NCBI GenBank assembly: GCA_951406725.2
Contig: OX597823.1
Span: forward strand, 73,594,001-73,658,000
Direction of reading: 5' to 3'
Length of the DNA stretch: 64,000 nucleotides
DNA from: Octopus vulgaris
Taxonomy: Eukaryota
The position numbers were made by a program, and so were the translations under genes. Shown in pieces: positions 31,301 through 44,149 of this stretch. The notes under the pieces are model-generated. The model worked only from the letters and a program-made list of their open reading frames with translations. It did not search any database and was not told the origin of the DNA. Numbering within the stretch: the stretch's first letter is position 1; each line of letters begins with the position of its first letter.

Positions 31301-32174
31301 AAAAAGTTTTTGTTTTTTAACAGATTGATGTCCTCGTACCTGTCAACATGGAACCGGTAAGCAAAAGAAAGTACGAAGGATCCTCATCCTAACGCACGAC
31401 GCAAACGAGTGTACTCTCTACAGGAAAAGGTAGAAATGATCAAGAAAATGCGTGAGGGTAGAAGTTTCACGAAGGTGGGCCGCGAGTTTCGCCCCGTTAC
31501 AGTGAGAAGACACTGCGGATAGTTGTTGTTGACAGACAACAGCAGTAATTTTATTCAGTAATTTTATTCAGCTGAATACACGTCATTGATTGGTTGAAAT
31601 TACCGAAATACGACAACTTTAACACGAAATAACTTCGTAAATAGAAACTTTTCTCTACAACGCTAATAATAAAAGATGTTCTATATGACACATTCTACCA
31701 GTATCCAAAATTTCAAAGTGTTTAGTTAAAGAAAATTAATTAATCGAGCTACCCATGAAAAGGAAAAGATCCCAAATTTGAACCCAAAACGTAAAGACGG
31801 ATGAAATGCCACTAATGAAATCCTAATAATGCAAGGCAATGGAAACAGCTTTGTTTTTGTTTTTTGTTGTTTTTTCCAACATAGAATTTTTTTTAACGCT
31901 GATAAGAATTAATAATCAATGATATGAAGAATAACTACAAAGGCAGACGTTTCTTAACGACATAACATCGTTTAATTACGTTAATAAAAATATCTGTTTT
32001 GCTAAGTAACATTGTTGAATGAGCGCGCTGCTAGACAACAAGTAATGGGTATGCGAGACCCCACAAGAGGTGTGTACTTTTATCAAAGTTCTCACCTGAT
32101 AAAATCCTGACAGGAAGAACCAATATATTTGATCTGCAATCATATGTATTATTTGTCTTCTTTGTGATAGTTCA

Positions 32175-32243
<69 letters not shown>

Positions 32244-32270
32244 GTGTGTGTGTGTGTGTATGTGTGTGTG

Positions 32271-32957
32271 TGTAGTGGATCTTGCATGCATGAAGTGGAT
32301 TCGATCCACCACAGCCAAATTTAAATTAACACTGCAACAGAACTTTTCCCTCGATGGAACAATGGTTTTTCTCTGACAGCAGTTTTACGTTTTCCAGATG
32401 CCTTTAGCTAGGCCGAAATAATGTCTTCACCACTTGACCCTTTCTAACCTCTTTTACTTCACCAAAAGCTAGAATAGATAACAAGACCACCAACTGAATC
32501 TATTGTTCTCAATGATATATCTATCCTTCTGGATCTTAATATAAGCAAGCACGTCCCAAGCAAAAATCAGTTAGTCACCAACCGGTGACATCTCAATGAG
32601 GTCTGGCTGACCAACCTTGGTCAGAGGGAGAAAGCAAACTGTGAGACAACACCCTACAATTCTCTCTAGCTCTAATTCTGTTCTCACAACATCATTCTAT
32701 CTCTCTCAGCAATTACTACTAAACAATGAAGAGGGCACAAACACAAACTTTACTTCGCATGCTTTTGGATTTATTATAACCTGCCGTCGAGGCACGGTAT
32801 TTGTAACGTAACGGTAAATAAATACTTTCTTAAAAACTTCATGCATTTTTCATCTTTCATATCCTACAACTTGCTGTCATAACAACACGAATAATTATCG
32901 TCAGACCAGCTGACTACGACAATTCATTATGTTTACCAATCAATTAAAGCCGTTACA
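32271..32957 (+). mobile_element. Solo LTR, copy 1
   Basis: TGTA..TACA termini, internal aataaa, highly similar to 48105-48784. Confidence 0.7.
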
Positions 32958-33701
32958 TATATATATACATATATCTGAGTGATGTTGTCAACCTATATCT
33001 TCTTTCTGTTATGAATAATTTAAATTTTTTGGTGAGGTGGGTACGACGTTAGTGTGTGTCTACATGTAAAAGGCCCTGTGACGAACTTGTACCATGTATA
33101 CAATCAAAAACTCAGCCATCGATTTGTGACACCATCGTTTTAGCTTTCCTTTAACACTGAGAATGGAGCTTTTCATTAAGTGTGTCGTTTGGCTTTGTGG
33201 TATTATTGTTGTAATCATAAGCATGCTGGACCAAGCTATTATAAGTATTCAGTTACTGTTTATCTTTATGAGAGGTTCTCAATATCTATGAATTTGTGAC
33301 GTGCTGAAGATCAAATAAGAAAAAAATGTTGACTCACTTCGCGTAGTGTTTTTTATCTTTATTTTTTTTCATTTTTTATTTTTTTGTGGCTGTGTACATG
33401 TTGAACAATTTAGAAAAAAATATTTCTTTAAAATGCTGCTTGTTTTATTCCAAGTAAATATGAATAACATTTTGAGTAGCACGGTTTTCAAGCAGTTCAG
33501 GCGTTAATATGGATTTTCTAAAGCTTTAGCTTATATTCTTAAAAATATGCGGCGCATATAGGTACATCATGTGTTACACATAGGTGCCTCTTGTGAGGCA
33601 TTTAGGTATTTCTTATGGCGCATCTAGGCATCTCATGTTCCGCACACATAGGTACCTCTCGTGGCACTTGGTACTTCTTACGGCACATTTATATACCTAT
33701 A

Positions 33702-33875
33702 GGTGTAGGAGTGGCTGTGTGGTAAGTAGCTTGCTTACGAACCACATGGTTCCGGGTTCAGTCCCACTGCGTGGCACCTTGGGCAAGTGTCTTCTACTAT
33801 AGCTTCGGGCCGCCCAAAGCCTTGTGAGTGGATTTGGTAGACGGAAACTGAAAAAAGCCCGCCGTATATATGTAC

Positions 33876-33965
<90 letters not shown>

Positions 33966-34194
33966 ATGTATGTATGTATGTGTATATGTTTGTGTGTCTG
34001 TGTTTGTCCTTCCAACATCGCTTGACAACCAATGCTGGTGTTTTTACGTCCCCGTAGCTTAGCGGTTCGGCAAAAGAAACCGAAAGTACTAGGCTTACAA
34101 AGAATAAGTCCTGGGGTCGATTCGCTCGACTAAATGCGGTGCTCCAGCATGGCCACAGTCAAATGACTGAAATAAGTAAAAGAGTAAAAGAGTA
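33702..34194 (+). mobile_element. tRNA-derived SINE family A, full-length reference copy
   Basis: A-box-like tggctgtgtgg, B-box-like ggttcagtccc, CORE-like ccttgggcaagt, internal microsatellite, (gtaaaaga)n tail, apparent TSD tatacct; more than 12 related copies in the window. Confidence 0.85.
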
Positions 34195-34579
34195 TACCTC
34201 ACATGACATATCTAGCTACATCTTAACGCGCATTTCGGTACTTCCTTATGATATACGTTTGGTATCTCAAATGTCCCATACGTACTGCTTGTGACATCTG
34301 GGAACTTCATACGGACTCTAGTGCAATGGTCCGAGACTCAAATCATACGTTGAAGATGGAAACTAACAAGAGCGTCTCTCTTTGTCTAGGTCACATGACA
34401 GCTGCGACTGCATGCAGGGATGAAATCTCTATCATAGTGTCAGACACTTCGAAGACAGAAGTGGTAGGCACTTTACTAGGGATATACGAGATGTCTACGG
34501 AGGCACACATCAGCCAGGACATATTGGTGGCACCTGGAGAGGCTAGTCCGTGCCGGCCTAAAACGATTGCTGTCAGTGA

Positions 34580-34900
34580 GTCGAAAGCTCAGTTAAAGTT
34601 CTTGGAGTCTAACTCAGACCGGATCTTTACGTTGATAAGAACAGAGAGGAGGTTATGAGCAGAGTAGAAAATTTCGCTCAGAAATGGACGAAGAAAAAGT
34701 TGTACCGAAAAGGTCAGGCGGAATTCGTTAACACCTACATTGCCTCGATGGAGTGCTGCTGTCTGACCGTCGTACCGTATTCCAAGAAACATGTAACAGG
34801 ACTGGAGCGCATACGTTTCCGCTTCTTATAGAAGGAACAAGTTCTGCTGATCAGTAAATCTATTTCCTACCAAAACCCGCGTCGTGATGGTTTCTGGACG
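34580..34900 (-). mobile_element. Possible highly decayed Gypsy protease remnant
   Basis: RxLV..ALQ..YDGQ..VG..FRLTFSV..RPFLS..SAHNLL is only loosely reminiscent of a retropepsin. Confidence 0.25.
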
Positions 34901-35341
34901 TTGTCACTGATCTGCACAGACATACACTGAGACCGATGCACCAGTAGAAATATCTATCTGAACCACCGCAACAGTGACTACCACGAAGGTGAGCTAGTGT
35001 GGTGAACTTGGCTAAAATGTTTGAAGGAAAAACCTTTCTCTAGCTAAGCTTTCACCAATTTTTTTCAAATACCACTTAGAAAATGTGCGAGTGGAGAGGA
35101 TGGTGCTGCCTTCAAGTGTGTTCAACGAGAGTATAATGGAAGTGGAGACACTTGTGAGGCTGAATGGATCTACTTTATGTGTGGTTTTCTAAGCAGGGAG
35201 AGAGCATTTTTGACACCTAGGATATAGCAGAGTAATCCGGACTTTTGCATGAGGTTTTCCCTGAATTATTCCGGAACCTTCCTTACAATAGGAGACCTTG
35301 TTGAAATTCATTATTGCTTTATTTTATTTTTTTATTTTACA

Positions 35342-35738
35342 CTAGCAGTATCGCCCGGCGTTGCTCGGGTTTGTAAGGGAAATAACTATACAGCATTTTT
35401 AGAGAGTTATAGCCAAAAAATAGCAAAACAATGCATTAAAAATGGAAAAAATATGATGGTAAATTTTTTTTTGGTAAATTTTTTAACTCATCGTAGACAT
35501 TTTTAGAGAGTTACTTCCCTTTAAAAAATATGCATGAAAATGGAAAAAAATGATGGTAAATTATTTTTTAAATCGTAGACTCATCGTAGACGCGCGCTAA
35601 TACCCAGAAGGGCTCGATATGAATCACGACTATAAGATACCCGGTTTTGATTAAACTGCACCGCAAAATGTGGGAGTAGTTAGGAATCTAAATCGAAGGG
35701 GACAGACACTCACACAACTACAGTTTTATATATATAGA
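35342..35738 (-). mobile_element. Non-autonomous Helitron, same 3' end but different body
   Basis: ctagcagtatcgcccggcgttgctcgggtttgt is identical to 26884 onward; internal duplicated blocks; 5' end tctatatata. Confidence 0.75.
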
Positions 35739-37567
35739 TTATTTTTTACTCGATGTAAACCCCATTAATCGTGTTTTCTTCGCCCTTATATTATCTAGAC
35801 TGCAATGTTGCGCTCCTCATGATAAATGATTGCATATCGAAACGTGATGTATGACTCTTAGCTAAGTGGGTTTTTAGTGTATGTGGGACACATCTGTAAC
35901 TATAATAACTATTGGCTAGAATTAAGGGCAAATAAACTGATATGCTGCAGCTTATATCTCGTTACTGAGCCGACTCGGTTTCAAATCTAAGCCTTTGTTA
36001 CAAGAGTCAAAGTTAAGTCTGGGGTTAAACTTCATGCTAAACCGTAAATGTTCAAGTAGACCACAAGCTAAAGTGGTACCGATCATAATAAGGCCCCTAG
36101 ATTCGTGAGGCCCCGGACAACTGCCCAGTATAACCATGCCTTCAGACGGCATTACTTCTATTTCTCTGTTTCGATGTATTTAACACATCATAGAATAATC
36201 GATCTGTATTGTTATTTGTCTCATGATTAAGATCAATTGAACTAATTAGATTATTACCAATATATTACAGACAGAGGCTGTAGCATTCACCAACTCTCTT
36301 AAATCGGAAAATCTAGGCAGATAAGAAACATTTTATTGTGTATACTTTGATCTTATGCCTTTAAGCAAAACTGTAGAACAAATAATAGTTGAGAGAGTTA
36401 CATTCCCCAGCGTTGAGACTACTACAACAAATCTTTTGTTACTAAAATAACATAATGTGTACACGTGTGGTGTTTTGACTTTGACCGACAACAATAATTG
36501 GAACTCAATTCACTTCTGACATATCTTATTTTAATAAAGTGTGGGGGGGGAGAAAGAGAGACAGAGAGATCCAGAACCAGTCTACTTTTCACCTTAACAC
36601 GATTACAGCTTCCAGTTTGAGTGGCTTCCGCAATGACATTCAGTTGTATACAGCTCAGCCAAGAATTATACAGGGATCTGCTAATGTATCGACGATATCA
36701 AATAGTTGCAAATATTGTGTACACTAGTTTCCTGAACTTTTCTTACATTATCTGGATATACCTGAACAATTAACTGAGACAAATTTATGTATCTCTTCTT
36801 ATTTAATTTTTTATACATTTTAATCATCGCCAGCACTAAATCACCGTCATAGTTGTCGACGACAACTCGACAACTATTACCAAACAAAGAACGTTTGAGC
36901 ACACTCGTGTACATTTTATTAGAGCAGGGTTTCCCAACCGGTGGTCCCCGATCCCCTGGTGGGGTCGCAAAATCTTCATTTTTCGTGCTCTGTTCATAGT
37001 AGGGGGTCACGTGGGTTTCATGCTTTGGGGTAAAAATATTGTAATTACGATATTTTGTGTGTATGTGCGTGTGAGAAAGAACACATTACAATGGTTCATT
37101 TGGCGAATCGCTAAAAGTGAATTCAACAATACAGTTCCAAAGTTCTTAATCATAGAAAAATATAGAAGGCAAAAATTTCTTACACATTTTTGTGCAATAT
37201 GGACTAACAGAGGTCTATGTAACAGAAACGCAGCAAATTTCTGTTTATTAGGAAGAATGTGCTCACAGCCACTTGTGGTTTTGGGGGGCTTGGAAAGACG
37301 TTTAGTTTGTATCACATGACAGTGTTTTTATATGTTACGTTCGGGCTGCAAACGATGTAGAATGAAGACGTGACTAAATATAGCAGAAATACATCACATG
37401 ACAAGTGATAAACGAAACGTTTTGAGCAAAAGGTGTGGCTAGATACAAATTTAGGAAGTTATGCGTCTATGTCTGAGTTTATAGTGTCGTCCATAAAACC
37501 AATGCTGGATTTAACTATGGCCTTCGCAGGCTGAAGTCGAGGACCTGTGGTCAGTATGTTTGATATA

Positions 37568-38132
37568 TTGGGTTGTCCGGAAAGTTCGTGCCGATTTATA
37601 GTAACTTACCTTTCGACTTATTTTAGAACATGGTTGATTCCATAAAATAGGATTTGATTACACCACCATTTAAAGCACAGTTTAAGCTGTCTTTTCGTAG
37701 AAGAAGGTTTATGTTCCTATAACCTGTGTTAATTCTGTAACCCTTTAAAATGGAAGATAATAAAGTTCATTTTCAGCACTTGATGCTTTGGAAACCAGAC
37801 AAAAATTGCTGCAGCTCGGCTGGGATGTGTTACCCCACTATACATATTCACCAGATATTGCTCCTTCGGATTTCCACTAATTCAGGTCTCTGCAGAATAG
37901 TCTTAATGGTAAAAATTTCAATTCCTTGGATGACATAAAAAGATACCTAGATGAATTCTTTGCCAAGAAACCATCTCAATTCTGGGAAGAGGTTATTTTC
38001 AAGTTAAAGGAAAGATGGGGACGCATTGTGCAACAAAATGGTTGATATTTGGCTGATTAAAAATGTAATGGCAAGTATTTATTGACCTTTTTCTTTCCTT
38101 TAAAAATCGGCTGAACTTTCCGGACAACCCAA
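37568..38132 (+). mobile_element. Internally deleted mariner, copy 1
   Basis: TIRs ttgggttgtccggaaagttc.. / ..gaactttccggacaacccaa, TA TSD; transposase remnants MEDNKVHF.. and ..YSPDIAPSDFH. Confidence 0.9.
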
Positions 38133-38637
38133 TATTTGACATTGCTATATACCTTTTAGGAGAGATCTCTCAAGTGTCATAGCCTAGGACCTAAGCTATT
38201 ACACGGCGCCTAATGCGATTGTAACCCATTATATTTGCCGTGTCTAGGTTGTCATCTTACTTGACAACCTACTAAACGTCTTAAACACATCAGCTAGCAA
38301 ATTAATATCGGTCTTAAGATAAAAATGATAGTAACATCATTGTATTTTTTTTATCACTGCCTCGTAATAACTGACCTGTATATATTGGCCCTTCAAGCAT
38401 GTAGCAGGATCCATAAAATTATCTATAATTCTACTCTCTAGCAGCATGCATACTTATTTAGTGACTCAATGCCAACAGGTTTGTGTACCTCATCCCCGCT
38501 TGCAAGAATTTGTCTTTCAAATAAATATGCAATTGGATCTATGAAAATAACGACTATTTGATAAGGTTGCAAGGTTTCAGTTCAGGTAAAGGCAAAATGT
38601 ATCTAAATCTTTTATAGTCGTTCCATCAAAACACTGT

Positions 38638-38885
38638 GGAGGCGCGTGACTTAGTGGTTAAGGTGTCAGAATCATGATCGTAAGATTGTGGTTTCGATTC
38701 CTGGACCGGGCGACGCGTTGTGTTCTTGAGCAAAACACATCATTTCACTTTGCTCCAGTCTACTCAGCTGGCAAAACTGAGTAACGCTGCGATGGACTGG
38801 CGTCCCGTCCAGCTGGGGAACACATACGCCATAGAAACCGGGAAACCGGGCCCATGAGTCTGGCTAGGCTTTAAAAGGGCGCATT
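38638..38885 (+). mobile_element. SINE related to family D with a different 3' half (relatives at 14030-14190 -, 30253-30490 +, 60070-60360 +)
   Basis: tRNA-like head, gtttcgattcc, gtgttcttgagcaaaacac core. Confidence 0.7.
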
Positions 38886-39564
38886 TATATTTTATCAAAA
38901 CACTATGATACTGATAAACTTCAGATGTTTCTCAGGTGGGAAGAACCGCATGAGAATTGAGAGTCGGGTTGAGTCTGGTAATCAAAGTAACTTCAGAAAG
39001 TCAAAGTCTGATGATGTTTCGAAACAAAAATAAGATGGCAGACACAAGTGAAACAAACTGCACTGAACTACTGTGAAAGGTAAACAAATAATCTTTAATC
39101 GAACTTTGTAACAAAATTTTTTTGTTTTATTTCTATTTATTTATTCATTTTCTCTTTGATCAGTAAGTGTTATTTCCTATTTCCTATCTAGAAATCAAAG
39201 GAAACGACTACTGTTCCCCTCACACTTCGCTTTTGTGACATGGACAGCAATGTTTTGAAACTGACCTATTTTCCATTTCAGTTCAGATCGATTCAGCACT
39301 GAGTATCTGAAGTAGAAATATCACTATAGCAAATATTCTACTCAAGGTCACAGATTCTCTTGTCATTGCTTGAACTTAACTTCTTAAGCATGCTCTCTAG
39401 TGTCTGACAATATGTACATCTCTGATCATGGGCAAGAGTACTGCGGGAACATCACAGCCATGTGTTGGGAGGGGTTCTTTGAAGTTTGAATAAATGTAAC
39501 AAAAGCAAAGTTTGAAGGGAATATTAGCCATTTTTCTTACTTTCTAGGGCTAAGCCTTCTATAA

Positions 39565-39862
39565 AGGTGCATGGCTCAGTGGTTATGGCGTCTGAACACA
39601 ATCACGAGGTAATAAGTTCGGTTTCAGGATCGGGCTGTGTGTTGTGTTCTTGAGCAAATCATTTTATTTCACGTTGCACCAGTTCACTCAACTTAGAAAT
39701 GAGTTGCGACGTCACTGGTACCAAGCTGTATCGGCCTTTGCCTTTCCCTTCGATAACATCGGAAGCATGGAGAGGGGAGGCTGTTATGCACGGGCGGCTG
39801 CTGGTCTTCTTTAAACAACCTTGCCTGGACTTGTGCTTAAGAGAGAAACTTCCTAGGTGCAA
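39565..39862 (+). mobile_element. SINE family D
   Basis: Colinear with 18362-18695. Confidence 0.75.
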
Positions 39863-40024
39863 TTTAGGACTAAGCAAATGAGAAATAACAGTTGCTACCC
39901 AAGGACAAAAAATCGTGTTACACAGTGCAATCAGTAATAAAGGAATATGTAAATTACTTAGCGTTAATTACTCAAACAAAATATTTTCACAACATTCATC
40001 AATTGCACAAGACATAACCATCAT

Positions 40025-40429
40025 ACTCTTTTTACTCTTACTCTTTTACTTGTTTCAGTCATTTGACTGTGGCCATGCTGGAGAACCGCCTTTTAGTCGA
40101 GCAAAGCGACCCCAGGACTTATTCTTTGTTAGCCTAGTACTTATTCTATCGGTCTCTTTTGCCGAACCGCTAAGTTACGGCGACGTAAACACACCAGCAT
40201 CGGTTGTCAAGCGATGTTGGGGGGGGGGGGGACACAAACACACAAATATATACACACACATATATACATATACATATATACGACGGGCTTCTTTCAGTTT
40301 CCGTCTACCAAATCCACTCACAAGGCTTTGGTCGACCCGAAGCTATAGTAGAAGATACTTGCCCAAGGTACCACGCAGTGGGACTGAACCCGGAACCATG
40401 TGGTTGGTAAACAAGCTACTTACCACACA
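40025..40429 (-). mobile_element. SINE family A, near full length
   Basis: Reverse complement of the reference copy. Confidence 0.85.
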
Positions 40430-41261
40430 ACCAACAAAACAAGTGAAATAAATTAAATCCATTTTACACATATTGGATTCTACAATGTGTCAAACACGTC
40501 GGCTAGAAGATAAATAGTATCAAAGATATGAACCGAATGACCTAACTGGATTTCACAAGAGTTGCCGAGTATTAACGATTATTTGCTTAACCTTTTCTTT
40601 GATTCAGTGCAATTTATTTCATTTGTCCGCCATCTTATATGTATAAAGTTCGAAAGATGGCCCTAAGTACTTTAAAGTCTGGCTAGAGAGCTGATGCAAA
40701 TAACTTTATAAATAAAGTCATAGCAAACTTCTTTTGCAATTATTGTAATTTTTTGGGCAGAACAATGCTCTTCATTTTGCAGGGGTGACAAAATTGACCC
40801 ATCTAATAGAAATTATTTTGGGTTCTTATAATTACTGGCCAAACCTGAACTTTTCCTGACAGAGCTACAAACAAATATTAGAAACTTAATTCATATGTCA
40901 AAAAGAATCCGCGAGGGATTCATCAAGCTGATCGGACCCTGGACACTAGGAGCTGGGGCTGTTGGTAGTGGTGCCACTGGAGGTGGTGGCTGCGTCGGTG
41001 GTGGCTGCGTCGGTGGTGGCTGCGTCGGTGGTGTTACTGCCTCCGCGTGTATTACCAGTGGTGCATGTGTTGGTGTACTACTGCCATCGCTGCTGCTGCT
41101 GCCGCTGTCGACGATGTTGCTGCTGCTGTTGCTGTTGAGCGAAGCGGTCCTCGTCCCAGAGCTCGCAGTGGGAGAAGCCCGAATCGTAAGACCCGCAGAA
41201 GAGAAAGCAGGTCAACCCCCGACACCGAGAGCATCGATGGATGGATGAATGCGCATCCAGG

Positions 41262-41437
41262 CTCAGCGGTTGCGTAGGAAGTCGGGGACAAAGGAAGAAA
41301 GTTGGGGCGAAAGAGTACAACAGGGGTCGCCACCACCCCCTGCCGGAGCATCGTGGAGCTTTAGGTGTTTTAGCTCAATAAACACACACAACGCCCGGTC
41401 TGGAAATCGAAACCGCGAGTCCGCTGCCCTAACCACT
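41262..41437 (-). mobile_element. SINE family C, partial
   Basis: ggagctttaggtgttttagctcaataaacacacacaacgccc is the reverse complement of 3355-3400. Confidence 0.7.
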
Positions 41438-41917
41438 GCTGCTGCTGTTGTTGTTGTTAAGCAACAAGATGGGTAAGGGTGATTAGGTGATGGTCTAGGG
41501 CTTAGGGGCGGGAGACCCCAGACCTTGGGAAAAAAAGAACTTTGGTCGTCTTGTTGTAGTCGAGGGCTCTTCGTTGACGCCCGACACCACTGGGAGGCGG
41601 CCCTCGAAGTAGCTGGAAATGGAGATCCCCAGGTCCAAATACTTGAACGGCTGCTGCTGCTGGTGCCGCTGTCGACGATGTTGCTGCTGCTGTTGTTGTT
41701 GCTAGTGCTGTCGTCGACGATGATGTTGCTGGAATCGTTGGTGTTGGTGTTGGCAAAGGTGGGGGTGGTGGTGGCGTTGGTAATGTCATTGCTGGATGAG
41801 GAGGTGGCGCTGTCGATGTTACTATTGTAGCCGAAGGTGTTACTGAATGTCGAGGGGGCGCTGTTGATGTTACTATGGTAGCCGAAGGTGTTACAATATA
41901 TGTTATTATTGCTATTA

Positions 41918-42494
41918 TCTAAACACAGAAAGGACAAACAAGGACAGATAAACGGATTAAGTCGATTACATCGACCTCAGTGCGTAACTGGTACTTAATT
42001 TATCGACCCCGAAAGGAGGAAAGTCAAAGTCGACCTCGGCGGAATTTGAACCCAAAACGTAACGGCAGACGAAATACTTATTTCTTTATTACCCACAAGG
42101 GGCTAAACATAGAGGGGACAAACAAGGACAGATAAACGGATTAAGTCGATTACATCGACCTCAGTGCGTAACTGGTACTTAATTTATCGACCCCGAAAGG
42201 ATAAAAGGCAAAGTCGACCTCGGCGGAATTTGAACCCAGAACGTAGCGGCAGACGAAATACGTATTTCTTTATTACCCACAAGGGGCTAAACATAGAGGG
42301 GACAAACAAGGACAGACAAACTGATTAAGTCGATTATATCGACCTCAGTGCGTAACTGGTACTTAATTTATCGACGCCGAAAGATTGAAAGGCAAAGTCG
42401 ACCTCGGCGGAATTTGAACCCAGAACGTAACGGCAGACGAAATACGGCTACACATTTCGCCCGGCGTGCTTAACGTTTCTGCCAGCTCGCCGCC
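41918..42494 (-). mobile_element. SINE family B, one head plus three tandem body-tail units (~187-bp period)
   Basis: ggacaaacaaggacaga..gacgaaatac repeated three times. Confidence 0.9.
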
Positions 42495-42914
42495 TAATTA
42501 TTGCTCCTATTGTTGTCTTCCCCGGTGGTGGGGGTACCGTTCTCGTTGACAGGAGCTACCATTATTCACGTTTATGCCGGTGCCTCTGCTAGGGGGCGCT
42601 GCTGCTGCTGCGGCGGCGGCAGCAGCTGATACTATATCGGTCTGTTTACTATATTGGTCTGTTACTGCTGCTTATGAGAGCTGTCAGTGGTTATGCTGTC
42701 CTGTCTGCTATTTGTCAGGCTGGTGTTGGAGGCGACGTCACTGAGGTCGATGTTAGTGATGGTGGTGGTGGTGGCATCGGGGGTGTAGTCGGTACTGTTG
42801 GTGTTGCTGTCGTTGACGTTGGTAAGGCTATTTGCTGTGGTGGTAGTGGTGTTGCTGGCTCTATTGATGGCTCTGCCCTCATGTCTACGTTCTGCTATGG
42901 CGGCTATGGTTCCT

Positions 42915-43735
42915 GCCAGTGGAATTGGTCGGGTTCGCCCGTACCTCGGCTTGATAAACGATACCTATTGGATTCGCAGTGGCCTTCTACTGGGCAACTG
43001 TTACGGATCTTGCATAAACAGATTCTCTTAATTGCTTGAGGCACAGCTAAACGAGACCCAAACGCTGTGCCTGTTGAAAATGAGGACGTACCTATGGGAG
43101 TTAATAAAATGTTTGTCCATTAATCTTAGGAAAAGTCTACCTACGGACGTTATAGTATTAAGGAAGCGGTGCGGAAAGCAAATTGTATTTCTGCGGCGTT
43201 TCCTTCTGCTGGTGTTGGGTTCTAATATATAGGAGATGCGGTCCTTCAACCCTCCGGCGGCAAGGGCCTCGTTATAGAATGGGACTGCCGCGTCGAAGGC
43301 TACTTGGTTAGAAGAAAGGCTCGAAATCTCCTTACTAACACCGTTTAACAGGTTCTTGAACACGATGGGTGGGTGGTATGAGGATGTGTTGATGTATGTT
43401 AAACTCTCGTTTTGGTTTGAAGTAGGGCCTGTAGGTACCGGAGCCCAAGTCGAGCGTTGGAAGGGGGAAGAGGACTTACGGAATTTCAGTTTGGGGATAA
43501 TCCCTAGGAGGTCCGCTTCGAAGGGTTCGAGGTCTTTAATTTTGAGCGAGTGTTTCCTCGATCTAATGCCATAGTTGTTTCCCTCCGGGCCTGGTGCGGC
43601 TAGGTCGTAGAGGAAAGCTTTCCATCTCATACGCTTAATCACGTCCATAATCTTCTCCAACAGCATTCGGGTGTTCAGTTCGTTGGACGGTGTGGGTATG
43701 TTTTGGGTGGAGTATCCGAGGTCGAATCGTTCCAT
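42915..43735 (-). mobile_element. Internally deleted Penelope-like (Naiad-type) element
   Basis: N-terminus YSTQNIPTP..IKRMRWKAF joined to the thumb/linker YINTSSYHPP..ISSLSS..RRN..FLRLMDKHF..IFNR..SFSC, then CLCKIRNSCPVEGHC and IVYQAEV; no RT core motifs. Confidence 0.8.
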
Positions 43736-43846
43736 ATGTAAAAAGTAGAAGCGCTGCGCTGGTCAGCTATTTGGCGGAAACCACGTGGACACTGCAAAAA
43801 ACTGCGACCAGATAGCAAAGAGAATAGTTTTTTCTTTTTTTAATAA

Positions 43847-44111
43847 AAACATAAATCCGAAGAAGAAGAACAATCTAAGAAGTAGAGCAGTCTATATTAA
43901 TCACTGAAGATAATCCCCATTGTTTATATCTGTATCGTTTCCCCCTTCATATTTTAAAAACGCCATAGGCCATCAGGTCTTAGGCTCTGAAGATACGCCA
44001 TAAAGGTACCCTTTATGACGAGAAACCCAGGGTAACCCAATAAACCGGCCTTTACCAGTAATTAATATAGACTGCTCTACTTCTTAGAGTGGGCTTCTCC
44101 GGATTTATGTT
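43847..44111. mobile_element. Inverted pLTR-like segment upstream of the Naiad-type ORF, with a hammerhead-like motif at 43987-44034 (+)
   Basis: tctaagaagtagagcagtctatattaat / attaatatagactgctctacttcttaga inverted repeat; CTGAAGA-(cataaagg/cctttatg)-GAAAC-ccagg-GTA; stem I pairing is poor. Confidence 0.6.
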
Positions 44112-44149
44112 CTATATGCATGCATATATGGATACAGGACGTCACCAAC

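Noticed and set aside
41263-41937. 224-aa Ser/Asn/Thr-rich ORF as a host gene
   Set aside because: Low complexity; begins in SINE B and ends in SINE C; no splice or domain evidence.
41918-42494. CRISPR-like array
   Set aside because: Units are ~187-bp SINE copies with no unique spacers; eukaryotic context and no cas genes.
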